A DNA stretch of 63,870 bases, counting the filler, from Dugesia japonica (lineage: Eukaryota), in NCBI GenBank assembly GCA_001938525.1. It is 5 parts of 5 records of this genome, joined end to end, with 100 filler letters (N's around TTAATTAATTAA, not from the genome) between each part and the next. Parts side by side here need not be neighbours in the genome. Positions count along the whole stretch, not along the records: positions 40,159 to 54,784 come from MQRL01608100.1; positions 54,885 to 63,870 come from MQRL01595787.1; 3 more parts are not named here. One strand, given 5' to 3'. Shown piece after piece: positions 54,043 to 63,870 of the stretch. The position numbers and the translations under genes are program-made. Under the pieces are notes generated by a model, which saw only the letters and a list, made by a program, of their open reading frames with translations, searched no databases and was not told the origin of the DNA. Each line of letters opens with the position of its first letter. Position 1 is the stretch's first letter.

Positions 54043-54784
54043 GTGGAATCAACCATTCTATCAGCAGCAAAAAAAGCTAAATTATTACAACTATTGGAGG
54101 AATTCAGAGATAATTTTGCGTGGACAAACAATGAATTAGGTACGTGCTCGGTGACCAAGCACTCAATAGTACTAACAGACGAAACACCGATAAAGTTGCG
54201 AACTTATAAACAGGCCGAGGCAAACAGGAAAATTTGCGAGGAGAAAATTGACGAGATGCTAAAATTTAAAGTAATCGAGCCAAGTTGTTCACCGTGGCAA
54301 TTTCCAGTAGTATTGGTAAAAAATAAAGATGGAATAATGAGATTCTGTATCGATTACAGACAACTAAATGCGAAAACGAAAAAGGTTACTTATCCGTTAC
54401 CAGACATTAACAATATGTTAACGTTATTATATAATGCAAAGATATTTGCGACATTAGATTTGCGGAATGGATATTGGCAAATCAAAATAGAGGAAGCAGA
54501 TAAAGAGAAAACCGCATTTTCAGCAGGCAAGGATTTATATCAATTTGTGCGAATGCCGCTTGGATTGATAAACGCGCCAGCATCATTTCAGAGATGCATG
54601 AATTTTGTGACACGTGGCATACCACAGTGTATGGTATATATAGACGATTTGGTGATATTTTCAGTTACGTTTGAGGAACATTTAAAGGATTTAAGAAATG
54701 TGTTTGTACGAATAAGAGAATGGAAACTACGAGTGAAACCAACAAAGTGTGAATGGGCGAAAAATCAAGTGACTTATTTGGGGC
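54043..54784 (+). CDS. pol: Ty3/Gypsy reverse transcriptase (N-terminal part; runs into a gap)
   Basis: IEPSCSPWQFPVVLVKNKDG..RFCIDYRQLN, LDLRNGYWQI, KTAF, MPLGLINAPASFQR, YIDD and KCEW...VTYLG. Confidence 0.95.
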
Positions 54785-54884
54785 NNNNNNNNNNNNNNNN
54801 NNNNNNNNNNNNNNNNNNNNNNNNNNNNTTAATTAATTAANNNNNNNNNNNNNNNNNNNNNNNNNNNNNNNNNNNNNNNNNNNN

Positions 54885-55045
54885 TAACATCTTGAGCAGT
54901 TTTCATACCAAAACTATCAATACGTTTAAGAATAGGAAGCGCAAATCTACCTATTTTTTGCAACCAACCAGAACCATACTATTTTCTTACAAAAAAAGGC
55001 AATTCTCCACCTGTTTGACTGTTACTATACAATGATATAATATCA
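54885..55045 (-). pseudogene. Polinton small putative core/structural protein fragment
   Basis: QTGGELPFF...GSGWLQKIGRFALPILK, the Gly-rich small ORF type that typically follows the penton gene. Confidence 0.5.
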
Positions 55046-55048
55046 AGA

Positions 55049-56080
55049 TTAGACATTAGTTTTTCGAAAATGTAAAGTTAAATGTGTTTTTGAATCTTTT
55101 GGAAACTTGATTAACTTTCTGTTATCATCACTCATATTAATTTCTATATTGTTTATACATGTTGTTGCAATCGGTAAATACATTGAATTATCAACTATCA
55201 TTTGTACTACTTCATCAGTTTCATATTTTTCTATCCATACTGATTTCAAAAGAGGAACTTTAACATCTCCTACAATNNNNNNNNNNNNNNNNNNNNNNNN
55301 NNNNNNNNNNNNNNNNNNNAACTTAATTATTTTCGGTTTTCTAATACCTTGTAATATACCATCTTTCAATTCTGAATGTGAATATTTTTGTTTTTCTTAT
55401 CCCAATGTTTTTTTCAAGACTTTATCAAATGTAACAGTTTTGATATAATTTCTTAGTGACATTTGAAATAGATTATTTGCTTTGAAGCTATTTATGTAAA
55501 ATAGTTTAGAACCGCTTTCTGTTAAATACTTACTTAATTTCTCAATTTCTTTTATGTATAATTCATCTTTCAACTGTATACTATTATAACTTATTTGAGT
55601 ATATTCTATTTTAAATTTTACATATTCTATTGGAGAATCTTCTTTATATGCTGTANNNNNNNNNNNNNNNNNNNNNNNNNNNNNNNNNNNNNNNNNNNNN
55701 NNNNNNNNNNNNNNNNNNNNNATTATTTCATTTTCAAATATGGCAACATATGGATATTTACATTTAATAGTTAAATATCCACTAATCGCTATATAAATAT
55801 TATTATTTTTACTTACACTTAAAGATTGTTGTTTGTGATCAATTGTGACAGTTATTTCATTTGATATATTTCTTGTAGACATGTATTGAATTTTAGACTT
55901 GCTATATAACGGAAATGTTTGATATACAAAGGTAAAATCCAACAATGCTACTTCCCAACTACCATCCATATAAATTTGATTTTGAAGCTCAACAATGAAT
56001 TTACTAGCATTATTATTCGGATGAATAAGCGAGCAACTATTACTAGGTAAAAGTGTTACGAAATTATTCACATTGTTCAT
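55049..56080 (-). pseudogene. Polinton minor capsid protein (penton)
   Basis: N-terminal FVTLLPSNS...PNNNASKF...GSWEVAL and C-terminal VGDVKVPLLKSV...YLPI...IEI..SDD....IKF....LTLHFRK, split by a stop/frameshift. Confidence 0.8.
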
Positions 56081-56089
56081 TATTAACTA

Positions 56090-56830
56090 ACTGTGATGCT
56101 AATATCAAAGAAGGTTTTTGATAGCCATGCCATTTTACGTAATATTGTTTATTCTCTTTTGTTCCTTTCGATTTTATTATTTTTTCGATTCTATATATAG
56201 TAGGAGGTAGAATGACTTGTAATTCTTGCTCCTAAAACTTTCCCTGTATAATATTATTCTCATAATCTTTAATAACATACATGACTGGATTTTGTTTAGC
56301 ATTGATTTTTGTTATTTGAAACCCTTCATCGCTCCAATTACTTATTTTTGAGATTCTAACATGGTCACTGACTTTATATTTTGGTTTCTTATTTGCTTTA
56401 CTTTGATCACGCTATAACCATAATTTTAATTGATTGTTTGAACTAACATCAATCGGTCTTGCTCCATTATGACTTAAAATTTTATTATGACTTAAACCTT
56501 TATGACTTAAATGATTATAACTATAAATCAATTTTGGAAACACATTTATCCAGGTTTTATAACCAGTATGCACAAAGTATTTTTTCAAAGCATCTCTTAA
56601 TGTTCAATTAAATCTCTCTACATGTGCCACTTTATACTGAAAAAATACGGTAAAATGGTTTATAGATAGATGTGATAAAAGAATTTTGACTTTAGAGTTG
56701 TAAAACTCCTTACTTAAATCTGTTTGTAAATTATCCGAATGTCCATCTTTAAACATTGATTTAATTGCCAGTTCCATATCATTTGCGGATTTCGATTTGA
56801 CAGGAATAGATTTTGCAAATCGTTTTCAAA
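56090..56830 (-). pseudogene. Polinton retroviral-like integrase with C-terminal chromodomain
   Basis: LQTDLSKEFYN, HVERFN*TLR, YSYNH, DHVRISK, NWSDEGF, GKF*EQELQ, YRIEKII...YVKWHGY. Confidence 0.88.
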
Positions 56831-56899
56831 TCTTTTCAACATTGGTTTGTTCAGACTGTACGCTAGTTGTCCCGATAACCAAATTATCAGATTTTATAT

Positions 56900-59800
56900 G
56901 TAAATAGTAAATTTATGTTTATTCCATAACTTCTCGTATTTTCTTTTGAATAGTTAACCGAAATATTTAAATTTTTGGAGGATTTGATTAGAAAATTCTT
57001 CGAGAGGGTTGATTTTAGTACGATTTTAATGAATAATTTCCTTTGTTTGGTCTATTTGTGTTTAATGTTTACGAAAATTCGTGGGAAATCGACGAAATTG
57101 TTTAACTAATTCATAGATTACAGAATACTGAGAATCAGTGAACACTGAGAAAACCAATTCACTTAAAATTTACCCATATCAAGCAACTCCGTGTAAATAA
57201 TTGACCAAATTTATCTAAACCGAGTAAATAATTGATCAAATCTTCCAAAAATCAACCAAGTTAATCATTACAGAGGAAATATTTGACTTCATCATCCAAA
57301 GATTATCCAAATTGACCAAACCCAAGGAAAAATTAGACCCAATTACCCAAAGATTACCAACCCCGATGAAAACTTAGAACAATTTTACATAAACCAGTCA
57401 AAAATGTACCATATTCGACCTCACCAAGAAATTTTCAACCAAATTCGCTTGAACCAATCAAAAAGTAACCTAAATCAACCTCACTAAATAAGTTCACAAA
57501 TACGCGTGAAAAATATTATTGCTTAAAAAGCCTCAATAATTTTCACAACTAAATACACAGTAAAAATTCTACCTCTAAAAAAGCGTGAAAAAATATTGCC
57601 GCTTAGAAAGCCTGAAAATATTTTCGCCAACTTAAAACATAGACTCTGCATGCAAAATATCAAGAATACCCCATTTCTTACATAAAAAAGTAATTTAATT
57701 AGATTTAATTATAATAAAAAGATTTCTTCCATTGCAATGAAAAATTTCCAATCTAAATATTGTTTTTCGAATTTCCAGCCAAAAATATTTTTTTTAAAAG
57801 TTCCCGCCAAAATCTTTTTTAAAAATAACACGATTCCCTCTTTCCCAGTCAAAAATCTTACAAAACAACACTTACCTGATCAAAATACCGATAAAATAAC
57901 CAAAATTACATCAAATACTCAAAAATATTATTACTTTCATTAAATTCATCAATTTAAGCAATATACAGCATTTTTTAACAAAATAAATATTTCAAAAAAT
58001 TATGACGTCTCTTTTCATTTCTCTATTCTTTTACCCTCTTCTTAACTTTTACCCTCTTCTTTCTTTTACCCACTATTTTTCTTTTTCCTGTTCTTCTTTT
58101 TTACACTCTTCTTTTTTTTAATCTCTTTCTTCTTAACCCCCTTCTTTCTTTTACCCTTTTCTTTTCTTTTCTTTCTTTTACCATCTTCTTTCTTTTACTC
58201 TATTCTTTTTTACCTTATTCTTTCTTTCACCCTCTTCCTTCTTAACCCACTACTTTCTTTTATCTTTTCTTTTTCTTTTACCTTCTTCCTTCTTTTATCC
58301 TCTTTTTACCCTCTTTTTTTACTAATTCTTCTTTAACTCTCTTTACTCCTAAATTCTATACACCATGATTTCTATACAGATATCAAAACATTTACTTAAA
58401 GGTTTTATATATACTTATTATATGGAAAGGTTCCATGAATTTTCGATTTTTATGAAAAAAGTTCTATTTTTTTATAATTTTGTAAAGAAACGTTCCCAGC
58501 TAATATGTTTTTTTTATAGAAAATTGTCACTAGTCATATGTTTTATATTAAAAATTGCATCGCTAATCAGATGTTTTATTAAAAACTGTAAAACTAATGA
58601 AATTTTCTATTAGAAATTGTAACTCTTATGTGATGTTTTATTTAAAATTGCAATACTAATGAGATTTTTTATTGAAAATTACATTGTCAATGAGATTTTT
58701 TTATTAAAAATTACAACACTGATGAGACTTTTTATTTAAAATTGTAAGACTAATAAGTTTCTTTTTTTTGTAGAAAACTTGCATGATCTATGTTTTTATT
58801 GAAAATTGTCACTAGTAATATGTTTTTTATAGAAAATTACCTAGTTAATGTTTTTTAGTTCTGTTTTTTATTATTTTATAAAGAAAAGTTTTAATTTGAA
58901 TATTTTATCATGTAAATATTACAAAGATTCCTTTCTTTGATGTTTTCTTTTGATAGATATATTTTAACGTGTAAATATCACAAAGAACCCTCTTTAAAGA
59001 TTGAAGTTTCTTAAAAGTATATTTTATCATGTAATATTGCATTGTCAATATGTTTTTTAATGGAAAATTGCATCGCTAAATAGATTTTCTATTGAAAATT
59101 GCAATGGTAATGAGATTTTATATTAAAAATTGCATTCCCCTCTTTGGATATTTTTAATAGTTATATTTTTATCATGCAAATACCACAAAGACTCCCCTCT
59201 TTGAAGTTTTTTTTTTGATAGATATATTTTCATAAATGCAACTCAGATGCAACTCAGATGCTACGCACTTACACTGAAAATCACAAGTCTGAGAATTTTC
59301 AAAACTTAACATAGGGGCCATTTTGATTTTTTTAAATAAAGGCAATAGGTATGCAGCTCAAATGTAACTCAGATGCAAACACACATTTACTGAAAATTAC
59401 GTGCCTATGAATTTTATTCTGTCTCATACCTTGCAAAATATCAAGTCTGTCTCATCCAATGCAAAATATAGAGGTTCCTTATGTCAAATATAGTAGCTCC
59501 CCATTCAAAATATCAAGACTGGTCATATTATTCATAAATATCTTGTAATAATATCTTAAAAAATATCAAGACTGCACATAACATGCATAAATATCTTAAA
59601 AAATATCAAGACTGCAATACTATACATAAATATCTTGTAAAAATATCTTAAACAATTTCAAGTCTGCCCATAACGTGCATAAAGATCTTGTAATAATATC
59701 TTAAACAATATCAAGTCTGTCCATATTATGCATAAATTTCTTGTAATAATATCTTAAAAATTAAAACGTTTGTCGATTTTAATAAAAAAATAGAGACTCT

Positions 59801-61082
59801 GCATGCAAAATATCGAAACTACACCATCTCTTACATAAAAAAGTAATTAAATCCCAAAAAAATAACCAAAAATACATTAAATACTCAAAAATACCATTAC
59901 TTTCATTAAATCTATCGATTTAAGCAATACACAGCATTTTTTAACAAAATAAATATTTCAAAAATTTATGACGTCATAACCAACTGACAGAAAAATTTCA
60001 AATAAATCTTATAAAATCCGATAATTAATTCTCTTTCCATACATACCAACCTCCACCTCACATAAAAAAGTTTTAACACACTTATAGTACTTACAAAATA
60101 AACCAATCAAAATCAAGCCCTTAAAATAAAAAATTAAGGCACATTCGACGACTCAGATCTTCACCATCACATTACCTCTCCAACAAACCATCAACTAAGA
60201 AATTCCATCAAAATTTATACAAACCTACAACCAACACAAAAACCACCCTCGATAACTCATCTGATTGTGACCGTGTGCCACTACCCTTGTAGGACGAATC
60301 AACCATCCAACATTTGACCAACAACAAATAAATCTTCAAAACAACAAAAAAATTATCTCCAAGATCTTCAGCTACTCCTCATCATTTTTTCCAATCTTTT
60401 ACACACACACACACAACCACACACACAATCAAAACTTGACCTACTTTTTAAAAACCCTCTTAGCAACCCAAAAACACAGAAAATTTCCAAATACACACAC
60501 TTTCAGGATAAAAAACTGATTCGATCAAAAAAATTGATCCGATCAAAAATTTTTGATCCCAAAAAAAATAGATCACAAAAATCATGGTTAAAAAAAAAAC
60601 CAAAATTAAAAACCAAATTTTATGAAAAATAAAATAAAATTTATTTAAACAAAAAAAAATTTATTTAAACAAAAAAAAATTTATTTAAACAAAAAAAAAT
60701 ATATTTAAACAAAAAAAATTTATTTAAACAAACAAAAAAAATTATTAAAACAAAAATTTTTTTTTTAAGTTATGTGTTTCCGTGAGGGAGGTATTGTCTT
60801 TGTTCTGACATAGAATAATTTTCAAAAAAAAGTAAGACTCATCACAAAAATTCAAAATGGAAGGTGTGGGGGAGGGGGAGGGGTGAAATTTCTTTGTTCT
60901 TACATAGAAAAATTTTCGAAAAAAAGTATGACTCATCACAAGAAAGTGGGCGAAGAAAAAAAGTGGGCGGCGCAAAAGATAAAAATTTGGCGTGGCAAAA
61001 AGATAAAAAGTGGGCGGGGTTATGACTCATGGGGGAGTACCCCCTCTAGGGGCCCGGTTTGGTGCGCTCATATCTACCTACT
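56900..61082 (-). mobile_element. Polinton subterminal repeats and TIR
   Basis: Adjacent to the integrase. Internal duplication (57640-58010 vs 59790-59980), pyrimidine repeat 58030-58350, ~50-bp tandem 59500-59760 and 20-bp tandem 60640-60740. Ends ...TGCGCTCATATCTACCTACT (AGTAG on the minus strand). Confidence 0.7.
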
Positions 61083-61099
61083 TGGCTTTCTGTTCTTGA

Positions 61100-62669
61100 G
61101 TGGTCTTTTCTGATAAAAGTTTAAAACTCTGACATTGTACATAGCTTCAATGTAAATCTTCTTCTAATTCTGATATATAATTTCGGCTGAATGTTATTCT
61201 TCTACGTCATAGTGATTATTAATCCAAATTCTTTTATACTTTTATATTATTTAGGTCATAGTTACATTCAATGAAAGTCCCTTTATAATTCTTTTTACTT
61301 TTCTCTGAAACCACCTTAATAGTTAAGTCCTAGTCATAATCTGTTAAAATTATTTTACATATATTTAATCGTAATTGTTAATATTTGAGTCGTAATAAGG
61401 TACCTCTAAAAATTTGTTTTAGTATTTGTATTCGTAATCATTGAAACTTATTAACTTGAAATCGGTTAATATGTGCGTTTTTAGAAGAATTATTGAAATT
61501 TATATACTGAAAATCCTTTAAACAACTAACTCTCTTGGAATAGCTTTGGCTTTTAGGAATTGATCCGTCATAGTTCTCTCATCATTTGTCATTAAATCAT
61601 CTGAATGTTCATCGTTTGCTGCCCCATTATATTGACGATAATCTCTTTTTATATCCCGAATCTCATACCATTGATGTTTAAAATGTCCAGGTCTGTTACA
61701 CTGGAAACATTTTACATTTGGACAATTAACTCTGACATGTCCTTTTTCTTTGCATGCCGAACATCTTAAATCCTCTTCCATCAAAACGATTAATGAATGC
61801 ATTTGAATTAACAAATCTTATGGAATTCGAATATCGGTTTCTGTTGTATTCCACTAAGTTATTCATTTTAAATTGTTGCATAATTCTTTTTTACGATTTT
61901 AACTGCTGCAACATTGACTTCTAGATTAAGCTCCTTCTTCATACTGCCTATTTTTGAAATAATGTCTTTCATTTCTTAATTTGTTTTTGATCCAGGAATT
62001 TTTATTTCTTTTTTAACATCCATATATTCAACAGCATTTTACAAAAGAAAACCGACGAGATTTTCTTTTGTCAAGTTATGTCTGGTTATATTCTCTGTTA
62101 GATGATCAATTTTGTTGAAAAACGAATTTATGGATTCATTTTTTTTTCGATAATTTAATGCAGCTATTAAATTTTTAACGATATTTGCTGGTTCTTCAAA
62201 AGCTTTTCTGCATCTTTGGCATAATCTTCAATTGAATCATACACAGATTCATATCTTTTAACAGCTTCTGAGAAAAGAAATACTTTGATAAATGTTCTTT
62301 GAACAAGACCTTGAGTCATTGTAAGCTCATAAAATCTTGCCATCTCGATTAAAAATTCTTCCACATCATCTCTAATATCGAAGGTTTTTGGAGTAGAAAC
62401 AAACGAATTGAGCATATTTTCTTGGGTGGTCGCTATGTTAGAAGTCTCTTTTATTAATATTATTACTATAATATTTATTAATATGGCAATCTAAAAAGAG
62501 GAATAAATATATATATTTATATATGATTTGATCAATCAACATACCTCTGTCAGCAAACAAACATTGGTCTGTTATAAAACATACAAATTATTTGAATTCA
62601 TAGTCAAATATTAATTATGCAACATACAGTTTTAATAATCATTAATAATAAATATAAAATATCCTCACA
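61100..62669 (-). mobile_element. Ty3/Gypsy remnant: 5' LTR (~62446-62669), gag and knuckles
   Basis: TGTTAG...CACA LTR-like ends; mutated PBS TAGCGACCA; Gag PKTFDIRDDVEEFL; CSACKEKGHVRVNC / CFQCNRPGHFKHQ. Confidence 0.75.
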
Positions 62670-63635
62670 CTATTGAAGAATATTTCTGAAAAGACAGTTA
62701 ACGAAATAATATTTGAAAGATGGATAGCGTACGTTGGAATTCCGAGAATAATTCATTCTGATAACAGAACACAATTTAAATCAGAAATAATAAATTACAA
62801 ATAAATCAATCATTTCCAGCTCCCTATTATCATCAGGGAAATGGGCGTATATAACATGTATTTAGAACAGCCAAAGACAAATTATATCCACCTTGTGAGT
62901 CACATAACTAATCGTGGGTTAAAGCAATTTCTTTGGTTGAACTAATTATGAGATTTTCAAATAACAAAAAACTTGAGGTTTCACATTGCGAAATTTTATT
63001 TGGGAAAAGATGGATTTAAAACCAGATATTTTGACTGAAAATTTAGAAATTGACAAGCTGGATTTTCAGAATAACTTTAAAAAGCAACAGGAGAAAATTA
63101 CAGAAAAGAGAAGACAGATTCCAAAAGAAAATAAAGCAGAAAGCATAGGAGATTGGATAATGGTAAAAACTAGAGAGAGTTACTGAAAAACAGATATACA
63201 GGACCATGGATGGCAAGCAAGTTTCTCAGTAAATATAATTTAGAATTAGATGATGGAAAAATGTAATTCGTCAAATCTTCCCCTAGTTAAACGATTCAAT
63301 GCGGAATTCAGAAATTAAAAAGGAACAATTGACAAATCAATCATTAGTGCCATATATTCGACAGTTAACATCAGCGATAAAAAGCCTGTTTTTATAGACA
63401 ACTCCGAACAATGCAAAAGGCGATATACGAGAAAGGAAGCCAAATCCTAAATATAGGATCACTTTTTAAAGAAAGGGGATTGTGATATGTGTTTTAATAA
63501 TATTAATTATTAGGTGTAGTTTTCAAATAAAATTCAAGTAACTTTATTGCTTATCAACAACTATTATTATACTGATTTTATTAAGAAATAATTTTCTTAG
63601 TATTTTTTCGCAGTATATTACATTTCTTTGTGACA
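62670..63635 (+). mobile_element. Ty3/Gypsy 3' remnant: integrase, PPT and 3' LTR
   Basis: WIAYVGIPRIIHSDNRTQFKS, APYYHQGNG, IGDWIMVK...YTGPW; PPT AAAGAAAGGGGA then TGTGA at 63481, with a probable LTR end TGTGACA at ~63635. Confidence 0.8.
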
Positions 63636-63870
63636 TACACCAAACTCATTTTTTATTTTTAGATAGATCCCCAAGAAAACCGTGCAAAATATACATACTA
63701 CAAATATTACAATTGGGGATGTGTTCCCCAACTTTAGAAAACCGTGCGAAAAATATAATAACAACTATATTATATGTATAAACCCAATCATCTTTATTGC
63801 AAAATAAAATTAGTATTACAGTGTGTAAGAGTATTTCCTAGATGATGCATATCTTGGACATTCTTAATTT

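Larger units (their letters stand above)
43944..54784 (+). mobile_element. Giant Ty3/Gypsy-type retroelement with internal chuvirus-like env, Ubl-like repeats and two proteases (decayed, truncated in RT by a gap)
   Basis: Near-continuous A-rich + strand coding for ~10.8 kb from ATG 43944, interrupted by C>T-type stops and frameshifts. Domains are listed separately below. Confidence 0.88.

Noticed and set aside
54785-56830. Polinton integrase and penton as the 3' part of the giant retroelement
   Set aside because: Opposite strand, Polinton-type motifs, and separated by an artificial spacer.
59500-59760. CRISPR-like spaced repeats
   Set aside because: Degenerate tandem units without unique spacers, eukaryotic context and no cas genes.
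18247-61082. One 43-kb Polinton bounded by the two inverted TIR copies and carrying the GST gene and the giant retroelement
   Set aside because: The TIR copies are visibly diverged and differ in their outer parts, there is no 6-bp TSD (ATTAGA vs TGGCTT), and four artificial spacers lie between them.

Overview
Very AT-rich eukaryotic DNA. It is probably from a flatworm or planarian-like animal, inferred from 42-51 nt introns, a flatworm-style omega-class GST and the transposon spectrum. The window consists almost entirely of decayed, nested mobile elements plus one host gene (GST-omega, ~24.9-25.5 kb, minus strand). It is stitched from at least five pieces by an artificial 100-bp N44-TTAATTAATTAA-N44 spacer, so adjacency across those joins is uncertain. 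Elements present: three Polinton/Maverick remnants (packaging ATPase, two pPolB fragments, penton, integrase-chromodomain, two related TIRs), several Ty3/Gypsy LTR elements, and mariner, hAT, Merlin, pogo/Tigger and Penelope-like fragments. The highlight is a >10.8-kb Ty3/Gypsy-type element at ~43.9-54.8 kb. Its single-strand coding region reads: Gag-CA, 3 zinc knuckles, an array of novel YW-motif plus ubiquitin-like repeats, AT-hook, internal signal peptide plus chuvirus-like (class III) fusion glycoprotein plus TM, aspartic protease 1, 4 more zinc knuckles, aspartic protease 2, RT. The envelope gene therefore lies between gag and pol rather than at the 3' end. This copy is pseudogenised (stops and frameshifts) and is cut off at a gap inside RT. 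All calls come from motif recognition by eye; no searches were run.
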